Shown here one piece after another: positions 25,037 through 40,000 of a stretch of 64,000 nt of DNA (position 1 is the first letter of the stretch; the number at the start of each line of letters is the position of its first letter). The notes under the pieces are model-generated. The model was not told where the DNA came from. It was given only the letters and a program-made list of their open reading frames with translations, and did not search any database. This stretch comes from the human T2T-CHM13v2.0 reference genome, Homo sapiens. The stretch is from NCBI RefSeq assembly GCF_009914755.1, contig NC_060939.1; one strand, written 5' to 3'. The position numbers and the translations under genes are program-made.

Positions 25037-28000
25037 TTGAGTCCATTCAATTCCATTCCTTTCGTTTCCATTCCATTTGATGCCATTCCATTCAATTCTG
25101 TTCTACTCGACTCCAATACATTCAATTCCATTCCATCCGATTCCATTACATTCTTTTCATTTCTTATCCATTTCAAGCCATTCCACTCCATTCCATTCCA
25201 CTCGTTTCCTTTCCATTCGAGTCCATTCCTCTCCAGTCCATTCCGTTCAATCCATTCCATTCCAGTCCATTCCATTCGAGTCCGTTCCATTCCAGTCCAT
25301 TCCATTCGAGTCAATTCCATCCCATTCGATGTCTTTCCATAACGATCCATTCCATTCTATTCCTTTCGATTCCATTCCATTCTATTTCATTCCATTCGAT
25401 TCCCTTCCATTGGACTCCTTTCCATTCGAGTGCATTCCATTCCGTTCCATTTCTTTCCGTTCTGTACGATTCCTACCGTTCGATTTCATTTTGTTCCAGT
25501 CCATTCTTTCGCGTCCATTCCATTCCATTTCACTCCATTCGATTCCATTCCACTCGATTCCACTTCGTTCCATTTCATTGCATTCCATTCTATTCAACTC
25601 TATTGCCTTCCATTCCATTCCATTCGATTACATTCCATGCGATTCCATTCGAAATCGAATCAATTACATTGCAATCCATTACTATTGAGTCCGTTTTATT
25701 CCAGTCCACTGCATTCTGGTCCATTCCATTTGATTCCATTCCATTCTATTCCATTCCATACAGTTGCATTCCATTGGATTCCATGCTATATCTATAAATT
25801 CAATTCGAGACCATTGCTTTTGAGTCCATTCTATATGATTCCATTCCATTCAAGTCCATTACATTTGGTTAAATTCCATTCCATTCGGTTCAATTCCATT
25901 CCATTCCATTCCCTTCCATTCCATTCCAGTTGATATCAATCCATTCGATTCCATTCCATTCGAGCACATTCCATTCGAGTCCATTCCATTCGATGCCATT
26001 CCATTTGATTCTATTCCATTAGTCTCCATTCAATTCCATTAATCTCCATTCCATTCCATTCTACTCCAACTGATTCCATTCCATTCTATTCCTTTCCATT
26101 CCATTTCATTCCATTCCATTCCATTCCATTCCATTCCATTCCATTCGTGTCCATTCCACTCCAGTCCATTCCATTCGTATCCATTCCATTCCAGTCCATT
26201 CCATTTGTGTCCACTGCATTCCATTCCACTCCATTCCATATTATTCCATTACACTCCATTCCATTCTATTACTTTCATTTCCATTCAATTCCATTCCATT
26301 TGATTCCATTCCACTCGGTTTCATTCCATTTGAGTCCACTCCATTCCATTCCATTCCATTCAGTTCCATTCCATTCTGTTCCATTCCATTCCGTTCCATT
26401 ACATTCCATTCCATTCGGTACCATTCCATATTGTTCCATTCGATTCCATTCGAATCCATTCCATTCCAGTCCATTCCATTCGATTCCATTCCATTCATTT
26501 CAATTCCATTCCATTCCATTCCATTACATTCCACTTGATTCCTCTCCATTCCCTTCCACTGCATTCCGTTCGATTCCATTCCATTGCATTGCATTCCATT
26601 CCATTGGATTGCATTCCATTCGATTCCATTCCATTCGAATCAATTACATAGCAATCCATTACATTCGAGTCTATTCTATTCCGTTCCATTCGATTTCGTT
26701 CCAATCCATTCGATTCCATTCCATTCGATTCCATTCCATACTATTGCATTCCATTCGATTACATTATATTCGAATAAGTTCCATTCAAGACCATTTCTTT
26801 TGAGTCCATTCTATTTGAGTCCATTCCCTTTGATTCCATAACATTTGAGTCCATTCAATTCCATTCCTTTCGTTTCCATTCCATTTGATGCCATTCCATT
26901 CAATTCTGTTCTACTCGACTCCAATACATTCAATTCCATTCCATCCGATTCCATTACATTCTTTTCATTTCTTATCCATTTCAAGCCATTCCACTCCATT
27001 CCATTCCACTCGTTTCCTTTCCATTCGAGTCCATTCCTCTCCAGTCCATTCCGTTCAATCCATTCCATTCCAGTCCATTCCATTCGAGTCCGTTCCATTC
27101 CAGTCCATTCCATTCGAGTCAATTCCATTCCATTCGATGTCTTTCCATAACGATCCATTCCATTCTATTCCTTTCGATTCCATTCCATTCTATTTCATTC
27201 CATTCGATTCCCTTCCATTGGACTCCTTTCCATTCGAGTGCATTCCATTCCGTTCCATTTCTTTCCGTTCTGTACGATTCCTACCGTTCGATTTCATTTT
27301 GTTCCAGTCCATTCTTTCGCGTCCATTCCATTCCATTTCACTCCATTCGATTCCATTCCACTCGATTCCACTTCGTTCCATTTCATTGCATTCCATTCTA
27401 TTCAACTCTATTGCCTTCCATTCCATTCCATTCGATTACATTCCATGCGATTCCATTCGAAATCGAATCAATTACATTGCAATCCATTACTATTGAGTCC
27501 GTTTTATTCCAGTCCACTGCATTCTGGTCCATTCCATTTGATTCCATTCCATTCTATTCCATTCCATACAGTTGCATTCCATTGGATTCCATGCTATATC
27601 TATAAATTCAATTCGAGACCATTGCTTTTGAGTCCATTCTATATGACTCCATTCCATTCAAGTCCATTACATTTGGTTCAATTCCATTCCATTCGGTTCA
27701 ATTCCATTCCATTCCATTCCCTTCCATTCCATTCCAGTTGATATCAATCCATTCGATTCCATTCCATTCGAGCACATTCCATTCGAGTCCATTCCATTCG
27801 ATGCCATTCCATTTGATTCTATTCCATTAGTCTCCATTCAATTCCATTAATCTCCATTCCATTCCATTCTACTCCAACTGATTCCATTCCATTCTATTCC
27901 TTTTTATTCCATTTCATTCCATTCCATTCCATTCCATTCCATTCGTGTCCATTCCACTCCAGTCCATTCCATTCGTATCCATTCCATTCCAGTCCATTCC

Positions 28001-31000
28001 ATTTGTGTCCACTGCATTCCATTCCACTCCATTCCATATTATTCCATTACACTCCATTCCATTCTATTACTTTCATTTCCATTCAATTCCATTCCATTTG
28101 ATTCCATTCCACTCGGTTTCATTCCATTTGAGTCCACTCCATTCCATTCCATTCCATTCAGTTCCATTCCATTCTGTTCCATTCCATTCCGTTCCATTAC
28201 ATTCCATTCCATTCGGTACCATTCCATATTGTTCCATTCGATTCCATTCGAATCCATTCCATTCCAGTCCATTCCATTCGATTCCATTCCATTCATTTCA
28301 ATTCCATTCCATTCCATTCCATTACATTCCACTTGATTCCTCTCCATTCCCTTCCACTGCATTCCGTTCGATTCCATTCCATTGCATTGCATTCCATTCC
28401 ATTGGATTGCATTCCATTCGATTCCATTCCATTCGAATCAATTACATAGCAATCCATTACATTCGAGTCTATTCTCTTCCGTTCCATTCGATTTCGTTCC
28501 AATCCATTCGATTCCATTCCATTCGATTCCATTCCATACTATTGCATTCCATTCGATTACATTATATTCGAATAAGTTCCATTCAAGACCATTTCTTTTG
28601 AGTCCATTCTATTTGAGTCCATTCCCTTTGATTCCATAACATTTGAGTCCATTCAATTCCATTCCTTTCGTTTCCATTCCATTTGATGCCATTCCATTCA
28701 ATTCTGTTCTACTCGACTCCAATACATTCAATTCCATTCCATCCGATTCCATTACATTCTTTTCATTTCTTATCCATTTCAAGCCATTCCACTCCATTCC
28801 ATTCCACTCGTTTCCTTTCCATTCGAGTCCATTCCTCTCCAGTCCATTCCGTTCAATCCATTCCATTCCAGTCCATTCCATTCGAGTCCGTTCCATTCCA
28901 GTCCATTCCATTCGAGTCAATTCCATTCCATTCGATGTCTTTCCATAACGATCCATTCCATTCTATTCCTTTCGATTCCATTCCATTCTATTTCATTCCA
29001 TTCGATTCCCTTCCATTGGACTCCTTTCCATTCGAGTGCATTCCATTCCGTTCCATTTCTTTCCGTTCTGTACGATTCCTACCGTTCGATTTCATTTTCT
29101 TCCAGTCCATTCTTTCGCGTCCATTCCATTCCATTTCACTCCATTCGATTCCATTCCACTCGATTCCACTTCGTTCCATTTCATTGCATTCCATTCTATT
29201 CAACTCTATTGCCTTCCATTCCATTCCATTCGATTACATTCCATGCGATTCCATTCGAAATCGAATCAATTACATTGCAATCCATTACTATTGAGTCCGT
29301 TTTATTCCAGTCCACTGCATTCTGGTCCATTCCATTTGATTCCATTCCATTCTATTCCATTCCATACAGTTGCATTCCATTGGATTCCATGCTATATCTA
29401 TAAATTCAATTCGAGACCATTGCTTTTGAGTCCATTCTATATGATTCCATTCCATTCAAGTCCATTACATTTGGTTAAATTCCATTCCATTCGGTTCAAT
29501 TCCATTCCATTCCATTCCCTTCCATTCCATTCCAGTTGATATCAATCCATTCGATTCCATTCCATTCGAGCACATTCCATTCGAGTCCATTCCATTCGAT
29601 GCCATTCCATTTGATTCTATTCCATTAGTCTCCATTCAATTCCATTAATCTCCATTCCATTCCATTCTACTCCAACTGATTCCATTCCATTCCTTTTTAT
29701 TCCATTTCATTCCATTCCATTCCATTCCATTCCATTCCATTCGTGTCCATTCCACTCCAGTCCATTCCATTCGTATCCATTCCATTCCAGTCCATTCCAT
29801 TTGTGTCCACTGCATTCCATTCCACTCCATTCCATATTATTCCATTACACTCCATTCCATTCTATTACTTTCATTTCCATTCAATTCCATTCCATTTGAT
29901 TCCATTCCACTCGGTTTCATTCCATTTGAGTCCACTCCATTCCATTCCATTCCATTCAGTTCCATTCCATTCTGTTCCATTCCATTCCGTTCCATTACAT
30001 TCCATTCCATTCGGTACCATTCCATATTGTTCCATTCGATTCCATTCGAATCCATTCCATTCCAGTCCATTCCATTCGATTCCATTCCATTCATTTCAAT
30101 TCCATTCCATTCCATTCCATTACATTCCACTTGATTCCTCTCCATTCCCTTCCACTGCATTCCGTTCGATTCCATTCCATTGCATTGCATTCCATTCCAT
30201 TGGATTGCATTCCATTCGATTCCATTCCATTCGAATCAATTACATAGCAATCCATTACATTCGAGTCTATTCTCTTCCGTTCCATTCGATTTCGTTCCAA
30301 TCCATTCGATTCCATTCCATTCGATTCCATTCCATACTATTGCATTCCATTCGATTACATTATATTCGAATAAGTTCCATTCAAGACCATTTCTTTTGAG
30401 TCCATTCTATTTGAGTCCATTCCCTTTGATTCCATAACATTTGAGTCCATTCAATTCCATTCCTTTCGTTTGCATTCCATTTGATGCCATTCCATTCAAT
30501 TCTGTTCTACTCGACTCCAATACATTCAATTCCATTCCATCCGATTCCATTACATTCTTTTCATTTCTTATCCATTTCAAGCCATTCCACTCCATTCCAT
30601 TCCACTCGTTTCCTTTCCATTCGAGTCCATTCCTCTCCAGTCCATTCCGTTCAATCCATTCCATTCCAGTCCATTCCATTCGAGTCCGTTCCATTCCAGT
30701 CCATTCCATTCGAGTCAATTCCATTCCATTCGATGTCTTTCCATAACGATCCATTCCATTCTATTCCTTTCGATTCCATTCCATTCTATTTCATTCCATT
30801 CGATTCCCTTCCATTGGACTCCTTTCCATTCGAGTGCATTCCATTCCGTTCCATTTCTTTCCGTTCTGTACGATTCCTACCGTTCGATTTCATTTTGTTC
30901 CAGTCCATTCTTTCGCGTCCATTCCATTCCATTTCACTCCATTCGATTCCATTCCACTCGATTCCACTTCGTTCCATTTCATTGCATTCCATTCTATTCA

Positions 31001-34000
31001 ACTCTATTGCCTTCCATTCCATTCCATTCGATTACATTCCATGCGATTCCATTCGAAATCGAATCAATTACATTGCAATCCATTACTATTGAGTCCGTTT
31101 TATTCCAGTCCACTGCATTCTGGTCCATTCCATTTGATTCCATTCCATTCTATTCCATTCCATACAGTTGCATTCCATTGGATTCCATGCTATATCTATA
31201 AATTCAATTCGAGACCATTGCTTTTGAGTCCATTCTATATGATTCCATTCCATTCAAGTCCATTACATTTGGTTAAATTCCATTCCATTCGGTTCAATTC
31301 CATTCCATTCCATTCCCTTCCATTCCATTCCAGTTGATATCAATCCATTCGATTCCATTCCATTCGAGCACATTCCATTCGAGTCCATTCCATTCGATGC
31401 CATTCCATTTGATTCTATTCCATTAGTCTCCATTCAATTCCATTAATCTCCATTCCATTCCATTCTACTCCAACTGATTCCATTCCATTCCATTCCTTTT
31501 TATTCCATTTCATTCCATTCCATTCCATTCCATTCCATTCCATTCCATTCGTGTCCATTCCACTCCAGTCCATTCCATTCGTATCCATTCCATTCCAGTC
31601 CATTCCATTTGTGTCCACTGCATTCCATTCCACTCCATTCCATATTATTCCATTACACTCCATTCCATTCTATTACTTTCATTTCCATTCAATTCCATTC
31701 CATTTGATTCCATTCCACTCGGTTTCATTCCATTTGAGTCCACTCCATTCCATTCCATTCCATTCAGTTCCATTCCATTCTGTTCCATTCCATTCCGTTC
31801 CATTACATTCCATTCCATTCGGTACCATTCCATATTGTTCCATTCGATTCCATTCGAATCCATTCCATTCCAGTCCATTCCATTCGATTCCATTCCATTC
31901 ATTTCAATTCCATTCCATTCCATTCCATTACATTCCACTTGATTCCTCTCCATTCCCTTCCACTGCATTCCGTTCGATTCCATTCCATTGCATTGCATTC
32001 CATTCCATTGGATTGCATTCCATTCGATTCCATTCCATTCGAATCAATTACATAGCAATCCATTACATTCGAGTCTATTCTCTTCCGTTCCATTCGATTT
32101 CGTTCCAATCCATTCGATTCCATTCCATTCGATTCCATTCCATACTATTGCATTCCATTCGATTACATTATATTCGAATAAGTTCCATTCAAGACCATTT
32201 CTTTTGAGTCCATTCTATTTGAGTCCATTCCCTTTGATTCCATAACATTTGAGTCCATTCAATTCCATTCCTTTCGTTTCCATTCCATTTGATGCCATTC
32301 CATTCAATTCTGTTCTACTCGACTCCAATACATTCAATTCCATTCCATCCGATTCCATTACATTCTTTTCATTTCTTATCCATTTCAAGCCATTCCACTC
32401 CATTCCATTCCACTCGTTTCTTTTCCATTCGAGTCCATTCCTCTCCAGTCCATTCCGTTCAATCCATTCCATTCCAGTCCATTCCATTCGAGTCCGTTCC
32501 ATTCCAGTCCATTCCATTCGAGTCAATTCCATTCCATTCGATGTCTTTCCATAACGATCCATTCCATTCTATTCCTTTCGATTCCATTCTATTCTATTTC
32601 ATTCCATTCGATTCCCTTCCATTGGACTCCTTTCCATTCGAGTGCATTCCATTCCGTTCCATTTCTTTCCGTTCTGTACGATTCCTACCGTTCAATTTCA
32701 TTTTGTTCCAGTCCATTCTTTCGCGTCCATTCCATTCCATTTCACTCCATTCGATTCCATTCCACTCGATTCCACTTCGTTCCATTTCATTGCATTCCAT
32801 TCTATTCAACTCTATTGCCTTCCATTCCATTCCATTCGATTACATTCCATGCGATTCCATTCGAAATCGAATCAATTACATTGCAATCCATTACTATTGA
32901 GTCCGTTTTATTCCAGTCCACTGCATTCTGGTCCATTCCATTTGATTCCATTCCATTCTATTCCATTCCATACAGTTGCATTCCATTGGATTCCATGCTA
33001 TATCTATAAATTCAATTCGAGACCATTGTTTTTGAGTCCATTCTATATGATTCCATTCCATTCAAGTCCATTACATTTGGTTAAATTCCATTCCATTCGG
33101 TTCAATTCCATTCCATTCCATTCCCTTCCATTCCATTCCAGTTGATATCAATCCATTCGATTCCATTCCATTCGAGCACATTCCATTCGAGTCCATTCCA
33201 TTCGATGCCATTCCATTTGATTCTATTCCATTAGTCTCCATTCAATTCCATTAATCTCCATTCCATTCCATTCTACACCAACTGATTCCATTCCATTCTA
33301 TTCCTTTTTATTCCATTTCATTCCATTCCATTCCATTCCATTCCATTCCATTCGTGTCCATTCCACTCCAGTCCATTCCATTCGTATCCATTCCATTCCA
33401 GTCCATTCCATTTGTGTCCACTGCATTCCATTCCACTCCATTCCATATTATTCCATTACACTCCATTCCATTCTATTACTTTCATTTCCATTCAATTCCA
33501 TTCCATTTGATTCCATTCCACTCGGTTTCATTCCATTTGAGTCCACTCCATTCCATTCCATTCCATTCAGTTCCATTCCATTCTGTTCCATTCCATTCCG
33601 TTCCATTACATTCCATTCCATTCGGTACCATTCCATATTGTTCCATTCGATTCCATTCGAATCCATTCCATTCCAGTCCATTCCATTCGATTCCATTCCA
33701 TTCATTTCAATTCCATTCCATTCCATTCCATTACATTCCACTTGATTCCTCTCCATTCCCTTCCACTGCATTCCGTTCGATTCCATTCCATTGCATTGCA
33801 TTCCATTCCATTGGATTGCATTCCATTCGATTCCATTCCATTCGAATCAATTACATAGCAATCCATTACATTCGAGTCTATTCTCTTCCGTTCCATTCGA
33901 TTTCGTTCCAATCCATTCGATTCCATTCCATTCGATTCCATTCCATACTATTGCATTCCATTCGATTACATTATATTCGAATAAGTTCCATTCAAGACCA

Positions 34001-37000
34001 TTTCTTTTGAGTCCATTCTATTTGAGTCCATTCCCTTTGATTCCATAACATTTGAGTCCATTCAATTCCATTCCTTTCGTTTCCATTCCATTTGATGCCA
34101 TTCCATTCAATTCTGTTCTACTCGACTCCAATACATTCAATTCCATTCCATCCGATTCCATTACATTCTTTTCATTTCTTATCCATTTCAAGCCATTCCA
34201 CTCCATTCCATTCAACTCGTTTCCTTTCCATTCGAGTCCATTCCTCTCCAGTCCATTCCGTTCAATCCATTCCATTCCAGTCCATTCCATTCGAGTCCGT
34301 TCCATTCCAGTCCATTCCATTCGAGTCAATTCCATTCCATTCGATGTCTTTCCATAACGATCCATTCCATTCTATTCCTTTCGATTCCATTCCATTCTAT
34401 TTCATTCCATTCGATTCCCTTCCATTGGACTCCTTTCCATTCGAGTGCATTCCATTCCGTTCCATTTCTTTCCGTTCTGTACGATTCCTACCGTTCGATT
34501 TCATTTTGTTCCAGTCCATTCTTTCGCGTCCATTCCATTCCATTTCACTCCATTCGATTCCATTCCACTCGATTCCACTTCGTTCCATTTCATTGCATTC
34601 CATTCTATTCAACTCTATTGCCTTCCATTCCATTCCATTCGATTACATTCCATGCGATTCCATTCGAAATCGAATCAATTACATTGCAATTCATTACTAT
34701 TGAGTCCGTTTTATTCCAGTCCACTGCATTCTGGTCCATTCCATTTGATTCCATTCCATTCTATTCCATTCCATACAGTTGCATTCCATTGGATTCCATG
34801 CTATATCTATAAATTCAATTCGAGACCATTGCTTTTGAGTCCATTCTATATGATTCCATTCCATTCAAGTCCATTACATTTGGTTAAATTCCATTCCATT
34901 CGGTTCAATTCCATTCCATTCCATTCCCTTCCATTCCATTCCAGTTGATATCAATCCATTCGATTCCATTCCATTCGAGCACATTCCATTCGAGTCCATT
35001 CCATTCGATGCCATTCCATTTGATTCTATTCCATTAGTCTCCATTCAATTCCATTAATCTCCATTCCATTCCATTCTACTCCAACTGATTCCATTCCATT
35101 CTATTCCTTTTTATTCCATTTCATTCCATTCCATTCCATTCCATTCCATTCCATTCGTGTCCATTCCACTCCAGTCCATTCCATTCGTATCCATTCCATT
35201 CCAGTCCATTCCATTTGTGTCCACTGCATTCCATTCCACTCCATTCCATATTATTCCATTACACTCCATTCCATTCTATTACTTTCATTTCCATTCAATT
35301 CCATTCCATTTGATTCCATTCCACTCGGTTTCATTCCATTTGAGTCCACTCCATTCCATTCCATTCCATTCAGTTCCATTCCATTCTGTTCCATTCCATT
35401 CCGTTCCATTACATTCCATTCCATTCGGTACCATTCCATATTGTTCCATTCGATTCCATTCGAATCCATTCCATTCCAGTCCATTCCATTCGATTCCATT
35501 CCATTCATTTCAATTCCATTCCATTCCATTCCATTACATTCCACTTGATTCCTCTCCATTCCCTTCCACTGCATTCCGTTCGATTCCATTCCATTGCATT
35601 GCATTCCATTCCATTGGATTGCATTCCATTCGATTCCATTCCATTCGAATCAATTACATAGCAATCCATTACATTCGAGTCTATTCTCTTCCGTTCCATT
35701 CGATTTCGTTCCAATCCATTCGATTCCATTCCATTCGATTCCATTCCATACTATTGCATTCCATTCGATTACATTATATTCGAATAAGTTCCATTCAAGA
35801 CCATTTCTTTTGAGTCCATTCTATTTGAGTCCATTCCCTTTGATTCCATAACATTTGAGTCCATTCAATTCCATTCCTTTCGTTTCCATTCCATTTGATG
35901 CCATTCCATTCAATTCTGTTCTACTCGACTCCAATACATTCAATTCCATTCCATCCGATTCCATTACATTCTTTTCATTTCTTATCCATTTCAAGCCATT
36001 CCACTCCATTCCATTCAACTCGTTTCCTTTCCATTCGAGTCCATTCCTCTCCAGTCCATTCCGTTCAATCCATTCCATTCCAGTCCATTCCATTCGAGTC
36101 CGTTCCATTCCAGTCCATTCCATTCGAGTCAATTCCATTCCATTCGATGTCTTTCCATAACGATCCATTCCATTCTATTCCTTTCGATTCCATTCTATTC
36201 TATTTCATTCCATTCGATTCCCTTCCATTGGACTCCTTTCCATTCGAGTGCATTCCATTCCGTTCCATTTCTTTCCGTTCTGTACGATTCCTACCGTTCG
36301 ATTTCATTTTGTTCCAGTCCATTCTTTCGCGTCCATTCCATTCCATTTCACTCCATTCGATTCCATTCCACTCGATTCCACTTCGTTCCATTTCATTGCA
36401 TTCCATTCTATTCAACTCTATTGCCTTCCATTCCATTCCATTCGATTACATTCCATGCGATTCCATTCGAAATCGAATCAATTACATTGCAATCCATTAC
36501 TATTGAGTCCGTTTTATTCCAGTCCACTGCATTCTGGTCCATTCCATTTGATTCCATTCCATTCTATTCCATTCCATACAGTTGCATTCCATTGGATTCC
36601 ATGCTATATCTATAAATTCAATTCGAGACCATTGCTTTTGAGTCCATTCTATATGATTCCATTCCATTCAAGTCCATTACATTTGGTTAAATTCCATTCC
36701 ATTCGGTTCAATTCCATTCCATTCCATTCCCTTCCATTCCATTCCAGTTGATATCAATCCATTCGATTCCATTCCATTCGAGCACATTCCATTCGAGTCC
36801 ATTCCATTCGATGCCATTCCATTTGATTCTATTCCATTAGTCTCCATTCAATTCCATTAATCTCCATTCCATTCCATTCTACTCCAACTGATTCCATTCC
36901 ATTCCTTTTTATTCCATTTCATTCCATTCCATTCCATTCCATTCCATTCCATTCGTGTCCATTCCACTCCAGTCCATTCCATTCGTATCCATTCCATTCC

Positions 37001-40000
37001 AGTCCATTCCATTTGTGTCCACTGCATTCCATTCCACTCCATTCCATATTATTCCATTACACTCCATTCCATTCTATTACTTTCATTTCCATTCAATTCC
37101 ATTCCATTTGATTCCATTCCACTCGGTTTCATTCCATTTGAGTCCACTCCATTCCATTCCATTCCATTCAGTTCCATTCCATTCTGTTCCATTCCATTCC
37201 GTTCCATTACATTCCATTCCATTCGGTACCATTCCATATTGTTCCATTCGATTCCATTCGAATCCATTCCATTCCAGTCCATTCCATTCGATTCCATTCC
37301 ATTCATTTCAATTCCATTCCATTCCATTCCATTACATTCCACTTGATTCCTCTCCATTCCCTTCCACTGCATTCCGTTCGATTCCATTCCATTGCATTGC
37401 ATTCCATTCCATTGGATTGCATTCCATTCGATTCCATTCCATTCGAATCAATTACATAGCAATCCATTACATTCGAGTCTATTCTCTTCCGTTCCATTCG
37501 ATTTCGTTCCAATCCATTCGATTCCATTCCATTCGATTCCATTCCATACTATTGCATTCCATTCGATTACATTATATTCGAATAAGTTCCATTCAAGACC
37601 ATTTCTTTTGAGTCCATTCTATTTGAGTCCATTCCCTTTGATTCCATAACATTTGAGTCCATTCAATTCCATTCCTTTCGTTTCCATTCCATTTGATGCC
37701 ATTCCATTCAATTCTGTTCTACTCGACTCCAATACATTCAATTCCATTCCATCCGATTCCATTACATTCTTTTCATTTCTTATCCATTTCAAGCCATTCC
37801 ACTCCATTCCATTCCACTCGTTTCCTTTCCATTCGAGTCCATTCCTCTCCAGTCCATTCCGTTCAATCCATTCCATTCCAGTCCATTCCATTCGAGTCCG
37901 TTCCATTCCAGTCCATTCCATTCGAGTCAATTCCATTCCATTCGATGTCTTTCCATAACGATCCATTCCATTCTATTCCTTTCGATTCCATTCCATTCTA
38001 TTTCATTCCATTCGATTCCCTTCCATTGGACTCCTTTCCATTCGAGTGCATTCCATTCCGTTCCATTTCTTTCCGTTCTGTACGATTCCTACCGTTCGAT
38101 TTCATTTTGTTCCAGTCCATTCTTTCGCGTCCATTCCATTCCATTTCACTCCATTCGATTCCATTCCACTCGATTCCACTTCGTTCCATTTCATTGCATT
38201 CCATTCTATTCAACTCTATTGCCTTCCATTCCATTCCATTCGATTACATTCCATGCGATTCCATTCGAAATCGAATCAATTACATTGCAATCCATTACTA
38301 TTGAGTCCGTTTTATTCCAGTCCACTGCATTCTGGTCCATTCCATTTGATTCCATTCCATTCTATTCCATTCCATACAGTTGCATTCCATTGGATTCCAT
38401 GCTATATCTATAAATTCAATTCGAGACCATTGCTTTTGAGTCCATTCTATATGATTCCATTCCATTCAAGTCCATTACATTTGGTTAAATTCCATTCCAT
38501 TCGGTTCAATTCCATTCCATTCCATTCCCTTCCATTCCATTCCAGTTGATATCAATCCATTCGATTCCATTCCATTCGAGCACATTCCATTCGAGTCCAT
38601 TCCATTCGATGCCATTCCATTTGATTCTATTCCATTAGTCTCCATTCAATTCCATTAATCTCCATTCCATTCCATTCTACTCCAACTGATTCCATTCCAT
38701 TCTATTCCTTTTTATTCCATTTCATTCCATTCCATTCCATTCCATTCCATTCCATTCGTGTCCATTCCACTCCAGTCCATTCCATTCGTATCCATTCCAT
38801 TCCAGTCCATTCCATTTGTGTCCACTGCATTCCATTCCACTCCATTCCATATTATTCCATTACACTCCATTCCATTCTATTACTTTCATTTCCATTCAAT
38901 TCCATTCCATTTGATTCCATTCCACTCGGTTTCATTCCATTTGAGTCCACTCCATTCCATTCCATTCCATTCAGTTCCATTCCATTCTGTTCCATTCCAT
39001 TCCGTTCCATTACATTCCATTCCATTCGGTACCATTCCATATTGTTCCATTCGATTCCATTCGAATCCATTCCATTCCAGTCCATTCCATTCGATTCCAT
39101 TCCATTCATTTCAATTCCATTCCATTCCATTCCATTACATTCCACTTGATTCCTCTCCATTCCCTTCCACTGCATTCCGTTCGATTCCATTCCATTGCAT
39201 TGCATTCCATTCCATTGGATTGCATTCCATTCGATTCCATTCCATTCGAATCAATTACATAGCAATCCATTACATTCGAGTCTATTCTCTTCCGTTCCAT
39301 TCGATTTCGTTCCAATCCATTCGATTCCATTCCATTCGATTCCATTCCATACTATTGCATTCCATTCGATTACATTATATTCGAATAAGTTCCATTCAAG
39401 ACCATTTCTTTTGAGTCCATTCTATTTGAGTCCATTCCCTTTGATTCCATAACATTTGAGTCCATTCAATTCCATTCCTTTCGTTTCCATTCCATTTGAT
39501 GCCATTCCATTCAATTCTGTTCTACTCGACTCCAATACATTCAATTCCATTCCATCCGATTCCATTACATTCTTTTCATTTCTTATCCATTTCAAGCCAT
39601 TCCACTCCATTCCATTCCACTCGTTTCCTTTCCATTCGAGTCCATTCCTCTCCAGTCCATTCCGTTCAATCCATTCCATTCCAGTCCATTCCATTCGAGT
39701 CCGTTCCATTCCAGTCCATTCCATTCGAGTCAATTCCATTCCATTCGATGTCTTTCCATAACGATCCATTCCATTCTATTCCTTTCGATTCCATTCCATT
39801 CTATTTCATTCCATTCGATTCCCTTCCATTGGACTCCTTTCCATTCGAGTGCATTCCATTCCGTTCCATTTCTTTCCGTTCTGTACGATTCCTACCGTTC
39901 GGTTTCATTTTGTTCCAGTCCATTCTTTCGCGTCCATTCCATTCCATTTCACTCCATTCGATTCCATTCCACTCGATTCCACTTCGTTCCATTTCATTGC

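Larger units (their letters stand above)
17950..26120 (+). repeat. Second copy of a multi-unit block; repeats ~1-8150 at a ten-unit (~17.95 kb) distance
   Basis: Same subtype order (A-B-A-A-B). Shared private variants: cataAagttg (~648/18597), attcTatatt (~2922/20866), tcaaAtctat (~4092/22036), tattgTcttc (~5879/23833), and the divergent patch at ~6390/24363. Confidence 0.85.
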
